NCBI GenBank assembly: GCA_976226885.1
Contig: OZ320314.1
Coordinates: 98,580,001 to 98,644,000, forward strand
Reading direction: 5' to 3'
Length of the DNA stretch: 64,000 bases
DNA from: Iphione sp. A-MEVVRFRX5
Lineage: Eukaryota
This document shows positions 37,601 to 50,244 of the stretch, in pieces; the stretch's first letter is position 1, and every line of letters starts with the position of its first letter. A model generated the notes under the pieces. That model was not told the DNA's origin, made no database searches, and was given only the letters and a program-made list of their open reading frames with translations. The position numbers were made by a program, and so were the translations under genes.

Positions 37601-40600
37601 CATCACTGGGGCGAGGGGTTGAGACGGTCTGGCTTTGAAGTCAGACCTACATTCACGACAGTGTAGAAGAACATAGTGGCATTTATCTATTGGTCAGACG
37701 AAGCATTTATCGGCCTCTGTATTCATAATCCCTCTTTGACTGTTTGCTACTACAACTCTCGCACGCCGCATTTTACGGAAGGTGCGGTCCGGCCAGTATC
37801 ACATCATGCTGTACATACGCCTATCAGGCGATGTTCCACTAGATTATCTGTATAATGACTGTAGGAACATTACGTGCGCACATGTTCATGTATGCACGGA
37901 GTTTTTCCGCATGCGTTGCTTCACCGCACAAAATAAAATTATTCTGCTTGAACCTGTAACAAGAGTATTACCTCGCCATCTTTTCTCTTCCAGACCAAAC
38001 ATTTTCATTGCCGTTTATTTTTTCAAAATCAAAACTATACCCTCTATGATAAACGAATACCAGCATGCTTTCTTCGACACGACTCAAGGAGCATATGGAA
38101 CCCTGAGAACGTGTTCCGTTGGCTTCCACTGCATTTTACTTTTTTCGTTTCCCTTTTGAATGATATGATAATGCGAAAGAGCGATTCTCGCAGGGTCCTG
38201 TTGAATTTCATAAGACTATTTTCTTAATTTCGCCCACACCTGTTTTCAACGTTTACCAAACTTGGCTCGACTGCCATCGCGGTTATCATTTTTTAATGTT
38301 TATCATGTTTTTTCCTTCGATCTTCATGGACATGTTTATGCTTGTGTGCACACAGGTGGGCTTTTGTGCAGCGTCCGTGTCTGTGGGTTTGTATTTTTCT
38401 CAGTATTAGCAGCAGAGAGAGCAGAAAGAGCGTAAGCGTTAGCATTGTGCAAATCTGTCCTGTTGTTTGATTTTGAATTTTCATCCGATTTGTCTAATTG
38501 ATCGGGACAAGCGCCATGTGCAGATTTCCCCATCCGCAACTGTTCTCTCTCCGCAGTGACCTTCTCCCCCCCCCTTCCTGCCTCAAGCCACCTCTCACCC
38601 CCTTACCCCCCCCCCCCCTTTCCAAAACACACATGAACCGGTACCGTTCTCTCACAGCAGCGCCTTCTCGTTACCGCTAGGCGCATCCCTCTTTATAGCA
38701 CATGCTCAGAGCAACTCATGATCCGCTCCGGGGGCTAATCTCTGAGTGCGCATGCTCAGCGGGCAGATCAGCGCCGAGCGGGAGTGGTGCCTGATCCGCT
38801 CGCCGCACGCGCTCAGCACGCGCCGTCGGGCGACGGAAGCCGCGCGTGCGGCCGACCATGAGCGCTTCCCGGCCTGCCGCCTACCGCGACACGTGGCGAG
38901 GTCACATGACCGCCCGCCAGAGGCACGCGGTGAGATCACGTGAGCGCGTTCTTTTCTGGCGGATACGGGAAAGAGTGTTGTTGGTTCATTATGATGATGT
39001 CAGGTGGACACTGCATCAACTCCACCACCTCTGTATTCCTGAGTGAAATTCACTTTACGCAGATTTGAGTTAAAGGGGAACACGTGCAGGGGTAGTTATT
39101 GCCTACCTCGGTACAGATTTCCTTGACACCACCATTACATGTCTTCAACGGCTTTGATTCACTCGTGATCATTTGTTCGTGATGACAGATGATATTTGGA
39201 CGGCGGGGGTTGTTATTATTGGAGCTTGAAGGTTTATGGCGTCTGCATGTGTGCGAGCAATAAGTGTATGTATAATGATATTCCCATAACAGGAGCTGAA
39301 CGTGATAATACAGGGACGCATCTCTTTACTGTTGAAACAACGTTTTTCTTCGCTGTGTCATTATGTTCCAAATGACCATCTAGGTTATTGTTACGAGTTG
39401 TTAGGAAGGACAAGAGCTCCATTTGAATGCTTCCGACTCGAAAGTTCCACTTTGGGAATACGACCACTGACTTCCAGGTGTTCTTGACCTTGAGTCGTTG
39501 ATGCCTAGAATACTTTAACTGTTTGTCGCGAGCTGGATGGATTTGTCAGTCCGTGAGCTGGAGATTCTGCATGTTGGCCTGTATGTGTGCCAGTCCAGTA
39601 GCCTGCTATCCTTCCTGATTAACCTGTGGCAATGTCAACAGGGCCAACCCCTGTCCTGTTTGATCTCTGCGCCCGCTAACCCCTCAACTACAGTTGCACC
39701 GTCTACACTGAAACGCTATCCCTACCAGCCTATGAGCCACTCCATCCAGTCCCCTTCTAAATCTATAACCACTTGTCCTGGAGAATTGCCTTAGACTGAG
39801 AGACAAAAAATGTGTTTATTTGTCAAATTATCACTTAATTATATAGATATTTCTTGAAAGTCCATTTATAACAGTGATCGTTAAAAAATAGGCGACTCGA
39901 CTCTGCTGTACAAGAAGATACACTTGCAGAGGAAGGAATAGTTTACAAATGATATAATTTATATGCATTTGACTGTCCGGATCAACAGATGGAACTCATC
40001 TATTGAGCATCGTGCCTAGTTGAGCTATCAGAATTAATCCAAACCGTCATCCTTTACTTACATCAACAATATGTATTGGTATATTTTTAAAATATGTTTT
40101 CCTGCGGGATCTTTTTTTTTACTTTCGAGTTTGGTACGCATATTCAATTAGTCATATGAAATAGCAGCTGCTCTCGAAGAACTCGGCGAGTCGCTCCTGG
40201 TGAGACGTTGTCAGAGTTGTAATGGGAGCCGCGGTGCCCTTTTATCATTTAATCTGTGCACGCTGCCAATAAGAGGGACCGCACAGACTGTCGAGACCCC
40301 GTCCTCTGGTCCATAATTCACCATCGATCCCCTCGTGTGCCATACGGTCGGGGAATCACTGCCACCCCATACTACAGCCAGTTCGGACCAGTGCGGGATG
40401 GCAGGGCGGGTGGGTGGGTGGTTGGGCGTGTGTGGGGGTGGGATGGAGTTCGGGCGGTGTGGGAACGGTGTCTGTACCGTCAGGTGTGTAGGTCGGAAGG
40501 GTGGACCCGTTGGGGTCGCCGGCTGGTGAGGCGGTGAGAGGATGGTCGGTGGGGGAGGGGGAGACTTAGTTTGGAGGGGTGAATCCGGGCTTGGTGGCTG

Positions 40601-40810
40601 CCTGGCTGAACGGTAAAGATAGGGCGAGGCGCTCGGGGTTAGAGGAGGGGAGGCAAGAGCCAGCCTCCCAACTGCGGCCACCCATGCCCCAACCCCCCGC
40701 TGCTGCTGCCCCCTCTCGGTAATACGGCACAAACAGCACGCCATCGATACAACCTGCTGACGGCGCTGCCGCCGACCTCAAAAGCGAGCAATGCCTCCCA
40801 CCGACCAATC

Positions 40811-40823
40811 ACACACACACACA

Positions 40824-40853
<30 letters not shown>
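40811..40853 (+). repeat. (AC)n microsatellite
   Basis: Directly visible. Confidence 0.92.
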
Positions 40854-40854
<1 letters not shown>

Positions 40855-43800
40855 CGTGCCCTTCCAATAAATCTCCCCACTCACTCACCCACCATTCCCC
40901 CAAATCAACCACCCCTTGCCGCCCAAAGACACCCACAAGGCGCCTGGGCACATGTTCCTCTCTCAGATTGTGTCTTCTTTTTTGAGGTGGGAAAGCGTTG
41001 CCTACGGGAGGATCAAAGTCTGTCAAGTTGCCAATTTGGCGACCGCGGCCCCCCGGGCACATGGACAGCCCAACCGGCTGACTCTAGCATATCGGGAGGG
41101 TCGGGTAGCCATAGGTCTAATGAACGGCCATTGGTCACTCCCGCATTGGTCATGGCCAAGTCGGCAGTCAGTCGATAGCAACTCGCTTTCCTGGTTCCCT
41201 ACGCGAATCGACGGCTGTTTTCAAGATTTATAGCCACAAGCTTTAAAGATTAAGCACCTCAAGTTTCTCCTTTTTATCAACCCGAAAAATAAACGACCGA
41301 CAAGTTTCTCCCATAGCTCTCTGTGGGTGTTTTTTCGGTGCAAGAGACCCTCTATGATAATGTTCACTTTTTTTCGAATTTGCATAATTTTATTCTCAAC
41401 AATTTACACATTACTTCTGTTTGATATTTACGGAACTTAAACATGAAAAATCGATCCTGATATTAGAACATTTGCAAGTACATATAGTTATGAAGCATTA
41501 CATTCGCTCATGTTCCTGGTCTGATGGCTTTTTAAAACTTTTCATGTGTAGTTATAGGAGGTGAGTGCTATTCCAGGCAAACTCAGTTTGGTTCCAAAAG
41601 ATACCAGAATAGCAAGGGGTTTCTGTGCATGTACTTTTAACGAGGTCGTACAAAGGTAGATACAAGAATAATGTGAAATTGTGACTTAGACGACTGATAA
41701 CACCGACAACAACGGCTGCAGCAGGATCGACTCTTGGGGGGAACAGCTGTTCCTTTCTGGCCTTTTCTTGGGGGCTGCGGTGGAGAAGGTTGTCAGTTGG
41801 GGGCTTTCTGTGTGTGTGTGGGGGGGGGCGCTGGACGGTCTCCTGCGGTAGAGGGCGGCTTGGTGCCCGCGCCGACCGTCGTCGCTGCCGCCGCTGCATG
41901 GCGCTGTCGGCCGATCGATGCCGGTTGCGTGTGATGAAACATCATCGATGCCCCCTGGCGGCGCGACCCTGGCCCTGCTCCATACAATCTGCAAGCCCGG
42001 CCTTTGCTTCTCTACTTTTTACCTTTGCCGTCCTCCACCGTGGCTCGATCGTGTCGCCCTGCGGCCCCTGCACGCACGAAACCCAGGGCTGCCCTCAAAG
42101 CTCCTCTGTTGATCGCTGCAACAGAACGGAAATGAAGCGCGAGGATGCGTGTTGGACGGGGGACTCTTCATTGATTGGTCGCTCAGGAGCACGTGACTAG
42201 CTGTAGAAGGTGATTGATGCTGCCTGGGGCGCCCTCTGGTGTGTAGATGACCGCACGAGATCCTGACAAGGGGGAGTGGAGAAATATCGCCACAACTTCT
42301 CTGTGTTTCCTTATGAGTAAATAATACTTTGTGTAACTTGCATCAGATTACAAGGACTTCGGTTATATTTCCGTTTACAATAGTCCGTCCGTTGTCACGT
42401 TCAACACGAGCGTGTGCTTAACAGATAGACTGTTGAACAATATGGATGAAATTTGTAAAGATTCAATATATCGAAAAGTGAAATATCTTATTTGAATAGC
42501 GCTTTTAACGCACAGACGTTATTGTTTCGTTCGCCGGAATTGGCTATGTACATGTATAGGTGTGTCCATACTGATAATCAATTAATTTCCTCGCTTAATC
42601 CTTCCTTAAGCTATGAGATACATGTATACAACTTTTAAAGAAGCATGAATGTGACAGGGACCATATCTCCCACTAAAAGACAGCACAGGTCACATCATCT
42701 ACAAAGGACACTTTCTATATTTGTTTGATCTTAATAAGTATTTTCTCATTGCTTTATGTCATTTATCTTTTTTCCTCAAATTTGGATTTTTAAAAATTTA
42801 GGTTTAACCATAGGTCTCCCTTTTTTATCAGAAAGCGTACAACTGCTTGTGTATTCATACAGGTTCAGTGTCTAACGGCGTTTTTTTTTCGTAAGAATCT
42901 TTCATAATACTCTCCAACAAAATTCAGTTTCCGGAAAGCCCTACATATCAGCTTTTAGATTTCCCCTGAAAATAGAAATGTTGACAATATACTTATGTAA
43001 ATAAGTTGCCCTGTATATCTCACAGATAGATTGGTCATTCACTTGCATTAGAATCGGCGAGGGAGGTGGTTACAGTATCGGGCCCTGTGACAAGACACGT
43101 TTATTTCAACCCTAGAGCAAATCCCTCAGAGTGTTCTCAAATAACTCGAAGCGTTTCAGAGGGAAAATTCAATTTCGAGGTTGATGTGCAACGCTACATG
43201 TGTTTTGTATTAACTTTTTCGGGCGTCTTTCGGTTTGCTATGTCTTTTTATGCTGCTCGAGCGCCCGTTGGTGTGGACGGTTCGGTGTTCACAATAGCCG
43301 CCCATCTTTTCTGGGAAGCGGCGCGCGCGGCGGCGGATGTGCCCGGGGTGCGTGCGGCGACAGGCGCTGGTCTTTGGTTTGTCCAATTGTCGTCTGCCTC
43401 ACGAACAATAGGCTGCCCGCATGAAAGCAGTGCGCGCAACACACACTTCACCTTTCATCATTTCTCCATTGCAAACACGGCACGGTTCACCGTCGTAGAT
43501 GGTCTGGCATTCCATTAGATTAATTCATTCGCTTCTTTGATCTGCGCTCACGTTTCTTTCCCGAGGGCGGCCCGATGATAGCTTGTCTTATAAATGTTCC
43601 CGCTCTGTGGGAGTGATCTTCAATGCTCTTCGCGAGCTGTACAAAGGTCGCGTCTGCGGACCTGAAAGCACGGCGCTGTGGCAAAGAGACATGGAGACGC
43701 AATACCATGTAGCTTCAGTAACAATGAGTACATAGAACGAGAGGAGTTTGTCGTCTAGGTAATCTTTCTTTATTTTCATTTCCTTCCGCTATATACACAA

Positions 43801-45531
43801 AGAAGGGGCTCTAAGTACCATACTTACCGCCGAGATTACATTAGGGTTCAATTGATCAAAGCCTCATGGGAGCGCAAGGATCTTCAGCCATTGTGATGCA
43901 TCTTTTGAAATCTGTCTTTCACACAACCACAGGTTTATTAGTGAAATGTCACTTTGCGGAAAAAAATCCAGTGACTAATGTCAAAGTATTAGTGTTTTCA
44001 CGATGAAAAGCTTCCACATACGAAGGCAACCATCAGAGCTGGATGTTTCGGGTGGAAGGAAATGTGTGCGGGATCAGCGTCTCTGAAATCATAACTGACA
44101 AGCAGAACAAAATCATTACATCGCGCGTCCATCGCTCGATTGTGTTTCCTCATCTGTGCTCAGAAAAATATCGATAAAGATAATGAGGTGCCTCCGTTGG
44201 ATTGTTCTTTGAGCGACGATGGTGACACATTCAGTTGGTCCACGGTCAAAGTTGCCCTTATCGAGCTCACATTGCCTCGCCATCAATTAGATGTCGTCTG
44301 CTTCGCTTCCCGCTCAAATTTTTGCGGGAAACCGAAAGGACTCGTCTAGTTCCTATTGGTAATCTATTCCTTGCTGACAACGTCGTCGGCACATACTTCT
44401 CGCATGAACTTACTGAGAAAAGGTTAAAGGTAAAAGCATTTGCTTCAGGAAAGTTGATTAGTCGTGTTACTTTCACGTGAAAACACCATACAATAACCGT
44501 ATATGTAATTGAATTTATTGCGTTTTCACTAGAAGTAAAGATTATATCGTTTACAGTACATTATCGTTACTCGGTGGTAAGGCTGGTGTTTAAACTAGGA
44601 ATTCAACACGTGATCTGTATTTGTATGTATTGTAATTATCAGCAATCCATAATCTAGGCAGGAGGTCCTGAAATGGACAATGCATGTGTACATACATTGT
44701 GCATGTAAATGTATATAAATACATTAATTTTTTTGCAACTTTCTTTATTCTGGAAATGATGTACATAATAGTATTTACATCCAGACAGACACTTATTTTC
44801 TCTTGCCAGATGAACAAATTATGAGATGATATGAATTACGGGTTTCGGATAGTGGGTTGAAAAGTTTGGATGTAGAAGAGGCAAAGTAAAAACAGTTGCA
44901 ACTGGAATTTGGTGAAATACAGACTTTTATCTTGTACATGTTAACAACAATCCTACATACTGTCAATAGCCCTTATGTTTTGATCATTAATCGAATATAG
45001 TGAAGACAAGTGAGCCGGACAGCTAATATATGGGTATCTCAGTTTTTTTTCTAATTGCATTGTTACCCTGAGAAAAACAGTGAAACAAGAAATCTTGTAA
45101 TAAAATGAAACGCAACATGCACCGTTTTTTACGTGACGCATACTCTAAACTCCTTCCGGGCGGACAATCTATGAGCAAAAATACATTTCGATAGTACATG
45201 TAGTAAATATATTTTTCTGAAGACTAACAACTAAGATAAACTTCAAAGTCGTTCCCCATCTTGTATTATCAAGTCAGTGATATTTTGCTCCTCCCAAATT
45301 CAAGTCAAGAAAGCATGCCCGGCGCATTAAAAGTACGCGAGCAGCCTATCACATTCTCCTCATAGTTTTGCCTTCCATTGCTCGACTCCTTGCAAGTACC
45401 CTGTACCGTCGACCTCAGTCTCTCTATCAACACTCTGCTGGGACTTCTACCCCGAACCGGGCACTTCCACACACACACGCCCCACCGATTGAGTCCATTG
45501 GGGTCCGGCGGGGTCAGCCGCATTTGGCGCG

Positions 45532-45545
45532 CCACCAGATGGCAG
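45532..45545 (+). promoter_or_regulatory. CTCF-like motif
   Basis: CCACCAGATGGCAG matches the core consensus CCRSYAGRKGGCRS. Motif match only. Confidence 0.5.
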
Positions 45546-46994
45546 CACAAAAGGACGCGCTGACACCACGTGACCCCGCAAAGTGACAAGCGCCGTTGCC
45601 GCGCCTGCGGATTGATCGAAGCGCCGCTCGTCGGCGGTGATTAAAGGGACAGACCGATCAGCGTCCGCGATTCTGCGCAACGGAGAAGTGGGCGAGGTGG
45701 CAGGGGGTGAGAGATGAGTCCGCAGAACCCGATGTAACTATACACCGAATCATTGCATTAGCCTGGCAAGGCACACCGTGTCAATCTTTGATGGCGGGAA
45801 TCGGATGGTGCATCTCACTTGGCGGCGCCACCTCCTTAGCTCTCCACCTTGTGTGTAGGAACTGTGTGTGTGTTTGTGTCTGTGTGTGTCTGTGCGCGCA
45901 CGTGTGCGTGTTTATCCTAGGGATGATTGTATGTGCAGACATCCTGGGTGGGTGACCTGGCCTACCGTGATTGGGGCCATGGTTGTTGTTCAGGAAACGC
46001 CCGCTCTCTTCTGATGAGGCATTCTTTGATTGGCAGTCTGCTCCTACCCGCTTTGCCTGAGGCTCCCTCTACTGCCCGGTGTAAAATGGAATGGTGGCTT
46101 CGGAAATTTTTAACTAAACGGTCCACTCTGATCAGAAGAGAGAAATTTTAAATCGCACCGCGACGGAAACCGTTAGTAAAGCCTTATAGATACATGTAAC
46201 GCTGATACACCTAGTCAGAAAGGAGGTCCAATGGGTCGAACAAAATTGGTAAAAAGATGGCTTAAATAACTTAAATATAGGGGTAAAAGGGATTCAGATC
46301 TATTCTCTCCGTGGCTCTCTCTATCCCAATGTCCGTGTGACTGTTTTCTATTTCTCTCTAGTAATGCTTTGGATACTAAGGGCTGATTGACACACTCTAC
46401 AGCTAGTCACTCATACACGCGCACACAATAAGTCATGTACATACAGTACCTGTGCAGTCAGGCAAGACACCCAGTGCGATTTATCCTGACACGGGACCGT
46501 TTTTAAGCAATGCTAACTTTATAGAATTGGAAAGAGGGAAGCTTATATATCATACCCGGCCAAAATATATCGGCCAAAAAAGTTAATGGGCATTAAACGT
46601 GACAGTGAAAATCACCTCTAACTGTTAGTTCTCGGTACTTTAAGAGAGATCTCTAGAAAATTGAAATTTATAAAGGGGAACGTTATGGATATTAATGAAA
46701 TTCCCTTATTGATTAAGACGCAGTTTTTCTTTCGGTGCCAAAAGATATAAGGTATTGCGTAACCCTTATTGGATATTGCCAAGCCGTCTTTGCTTGTGAT
46801 TTTTAGTCTTTCACTTCCATGTGCTTGTATGTTTGTCGTACTCTTTTCTAGTAAAAACAATGCGAACGTGTTCTGCCGTTTTCCTCCAAAGCCCAAGATG
46901 TCTTTTTGTTCATTACTAGTGTGTGTGTACATGTATGTCCTGTGTTGAGTACTGTACTCACGTGTGTGTGGTGTAACATTTTGCATATTTGCAG

Positions 46995-47133
46995 CAGTAC
47001 AACACGAGAGGGCGCCACGATGTTACCAGTACAAGCGAGACAGTCCCGAACTCGGTCACAAGGGGGCGCCAGATGACAAGGGCTCAGAGATGCATCCACC
47101 ATTCCCATCGCCGGCCTTCCTTGACAGAGCAAG
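46995..47133 (+). CDS. NR2E6: NR2E6-like exon: T-box/C-terminal extension (AVQHERAPR) and hinge
   Basis: Acceptor tttgcag|CA completes G|CA = Ala, giving D-AVQHERAPRCYQYKRDS..., the conserved NR2 T-box. Donor AAG|GTAAGA. Phase 1 in, phase 2 out, matching both neighbouring exons. Confidence 0.93.
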
Positions 47134-48083
47134 GTAAGACAGAGAGGAGTTCATATAAACTCTCGTTTGTGGGATTACAGATATGGATTCAATACATGTT
47201 TATTCAATAAAATTTCGTAGGAATTATGCAGCGAGAACAATTGAGGGAGATCTATTGTGAGTAAAAGGAAGCAAAGTTCGTAAACAAAAATGTTATTGAT
47301 GCCACTCACTGGTTTATCTATAGGATAGTTTTTATACACCTACTTACATCTAATACTTATATATCGAGAGGAATAAAGATGTTCTTGGTAAGTAAGTAAG
47401 TAAAAAGGTAGGCAAACATATTTACATGGACTGAACCTTTCCTGCAGAAATGACGTTATAAGTGACTTGACTGGTAAAGAAAATACTGATTTATTGGAGT
47501 CAAATAGCAGTAAATGTGGCACAAGTTAAAGGCAAATTTAATAGTCTCCAAGGTGTCCCACATGTCAAATGATTTCTGTGCATGACTGGCATTCTGAGAC
47601 ATTTAAGGTAACAAATGGTACTGTATTGTGCTTCTATCACAGCCTCGGATGTAATAATATTACAGTATTGCTATGAAATCTCTTCATAGCAATACATGTA
47701 TCATAGTGCAGCGTAAATGTACAGACTATATATTCAAAGATTATATTATTAGTATCTCACTTATTATAACTTGTATGACAATGTACTGTTTGCCATAGTA
47801 TAGTAGTCTGCAATCAAATATTACATACATATATAATTACATATACTCGGTCAGGAATTGCCCTACCTTCCATATACCAAAGACAAATACAACAATTGCA
47901 AGCACCGGAGGCGCTTGTGTACATAGAAGCACATCTCGCAACAATGAAATACCCTGGCAGTCTTGGCAATGCCATGATAAATAACGTAAAAAAGACAAAT
48001 CTGAATGCACGTTTGCATGCCCATGTACGTTCTATTCAGAGGTATTCATTGTGTTTACGATCCCTCCTTCTCCTTCCCTCCAG

Positions 48084-48346
48084 GCTGGAATACAGCCAGT
48101 TCCACCAGTACAGTCCACCTGTAGGCCTCACGCCAGACCTGGGCTACCATCCGGCCGCCATGTTCTCACCGGTGGCTGCCCTACAAATGAGCGACCCCAA
48201 GCGGGCCGAATTCCTGACGAGCCTCATGGACGTCGATGGCCGCAAGGACATCAACTCCCCTGCCAAGAAGGACGACGTCAATGCGGGAGGAGAGCGTGTA
48301 AAGGACGAGGGTAGCAAGGAGGCGGAGGTCAAGGGTATTAATGGAA
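48084..48346 (+). CDS. NR2E6: NR2E6-like hinge exon (LEYSQFHQ...KGING)
   Basis: Long pyrimidine tract ccctccttctccttccctccag|G. Open frame within ORF 47896-48360. Donor GAA|GTGAGT. Phases match. Confidence 0.88.
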
Positions 48347-48583
48347 GTGAGTGCATGTAGTCATATTCCGTCCATGTACTTTTTCGTTCTTAGAGGGCAG
48401 ACACGTAGAATAGCCGATTCCTTCCTCTATATTTGCGCTGTGCTTCTATAGATCATTAAGAGATAGAGATCTAATAGGGGCTCCAGCATTACCACAGAGA
48501 TAATGCTACAGTATGTTCATGTTGATTGGTATAATTAAAATGGGCGGAAGTTGTTATATCTGATCCTTGGGACCACTTTTCAG

Positions 48584-49024
48584 ACGGTCTACTCTCCTCC
48601 TCTCAAGGCCTTACCGTTCACAGCGCCGCCTCATCGACGGTCGCAGACTCGCGGCCGCTCCACCCTGGCCTCGTCACTTCCGCCCATGGCGGTCATCCAC
48701 CCGGTCTTTCCGGCGGAGGGAGCAGTGGCGGCGGCGGCGGCGGTGGTGGTGGAAACAGCGGTTCCGGCGGCGCACCTCACTTGGCCTCGCACCCGACAAT
48801 CCACATGCCGACCCCGGTCGTCGATCACAGCGTCTACGTGAACGCGGCGGCGGAGAACATTTACGAGACGGCGGCGCGCCTGCTCTTCATGAGCGTCAAA
48901 TGGGCGCGCAACATCCCGTCGTTCCTACAGCTGCCCTTCCGCGACCAGGCCATCTTGTTGGAAGAGTCTTGGAGTGAGCTCTTCATCCTCAGCGCTGCCC
49001 AGTGGTCGCTTCCCGTGGATATCG
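48584..49024 (+). CDS. NR2E6: NR2E6-like exon: Gly-rich hinge and start of the ligand-binding domain
   Basis: Acceptor cttttcag|AC. Encodes ...[57 protein letters not shown] (NR2E LBD signature). Donor ATCG|GTAGGT. Confidence 0.95.
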
Positions 49025-49070
49025 GTAGGTGGCAGTGTACGTTAATCTAATTTCCTGATTTGTTTACCAC

Positions 49071-49317
49071 TTGGTTTCACCAAACATGCACAGTACTGTC
49101 ATACATGTGTATCGCACTAGAAGATATTTGACATAACTTCATGTGTATATTCCGTAATGGTAAAGTTCTATGTTTATTTCTCGTTGTAAGTCCTAACTTT
49201 TGGTTTTACCATACATTCACAGTACTATTATACATTTACATCATACCTGAAGATATTTGAGATAACTTCATGTGTATATTCCATAATTATAAAACTGTGT
49301 TTATTTCTTGTTATAAC
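49071..49317 (+). repeat. Two-unit tandem duplication (about 129 bp) in the intron before the 49452 exon
   Basis: CACAGTACT...GAAGATATTTGA(C/G)ATAACTTCATGTGTATATTCC..TGTTTATTTCT occurs from 49089 and from 49218. Confidence 0.88.
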
Positions 49318-49451
49318 TTCTTCTCTGGAAATTTTCTTGTAACTAAAACATCATCTTATTACATGTACTTTCTTCATCGTCATGCTAAACATATTACCGA
49401 TCGTTGAACGAGAGGAGTCCATCCTTAAGTCTGTCGAATGTTCCGTTACAG

Positions 49452-49622
49452 GCACCTTGTTGGCGACTAACGGAGTGAGCCTGGACAGTCAGCCCAATGA
49501 GAAGGCTTCTCATCTTATTAGTCAGGTCCGAACCCTCCAGGACGTGCTCTCCAGGTTCAACGCTCTTCGAGTGGACGCAACAGAGTACGCCTGCCTTAAA
49601 GCACTAGTGTTGTTCAAATCAG
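49452..49622 (+). CDS. NR2E6: NR2E6-like LBD exon (TLLATNG...[13 protein letters not shown])
   Basis: Acceptor ccgttacag|GC, conserved [12 protein letters not shown] motif, donor TCAG|GTGAGT. Confidence 0.95.
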
Positions 49623-49822
49623 GTGAGTTGTACTGCTTGATACAATAGAGTACACCTGCTTTAAACGCGATCGAGTTCTGTTTTAGTCAGGTAAAGTATG
49701 TCTGAATACAACATATTACACCTGCCTTAAAACACTATAGTATTGCTCAGGTCAGGCGAGTCACACAACAACAAAGTAGTTGAGTACGACACTTTCAAAG
49801 CACTAGTACTCTTCAAGTATGT
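49578..49822 (+). repeat. Degenerate tandem repeat (about 66-bp period, 4 units) starting in the 3' end of the 49452-49622 exon
   Basis: GAGTAC..CTGC(C/T)TTAAA..CACTA..GT..T.C.A.TCAGG recurs at about 49583, 49648, 49714 and 49782. Confidence 0.85.
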
Positions 49823-50002
49823 GTGCATGCAACAGTGCTTATTATGCATAACTTATCCGTCAATTATAAACGCCATAACAAATGTGGTAAGCAAACCAAG
49901 ACACGACAAATTTGTGAGAAATTGGACCTTTTCTAGGCTGTCCAAAGCCTCCATCTTGTGCAAAATACTTCAAGTAGATGTTTTATTTTTCGTTCTACAC
50001 AG

Positions 50003-50244
50003 AGATTCGTGGTTTGCGTGACTCTGGCCAGGTGGAGACACTGCAGGACCAAGCGCAACTGATGCTCAGCGAATATACACTCACCCAGTACCCAACCAAC
50101 AAAGTCCGCTTCGGCAAAATACTCCTGCTCCTTCCAGCACTGAGGACCGTGTCGCCGCGGACGATAGAAGACGCTTTCTTCAGGCGTACAATAGGCAGCA
50201 TTCCCATCGAAAGGCTCCTCTGTGACATGTTCAAGTCAAGCTAA
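50003..50244 (+). CDS. NR2E6: NR2E6-like terminal LBD exon with AF-2 region and stop
   Basis: Acceptor ttctacacag|AG. Encodes EIRGLRDSGQVETLQDQAQLML...RFGKILLLLPALR...TIGSIPIERLLCDMFKSS*, a typical NR2E C-terminus. Summed exon length with 9918-9945 is 2241 nt (746 aa plus stop). Confidence 0.96.

Noticed and set aside
38920-38932. AGGCACGCGGTGA, a 13-nt match to miR-124
   Set aside because: The seed start differs (AGAGG versus TAAGG), the 3' end diverges and there is no complementary 5p arm or hairpin. A match this long to some conserved miRNA is expected by chance.
3090-40040. Many TAATCC/GGATTA (Otx/Crx) sites
   Set aside because: Dozens are expected by chance in 64 kb on both strands, and no enrichment can be shown by eye.
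49382-49451. In-frame ATG extension upstream of the 49452 exon ([12 protein letters not shown]...)
   Set aside because: It is intronic read-through of an open frame. The 49451 acceptor already matches the upstream exon's phase and the LBD alignment.
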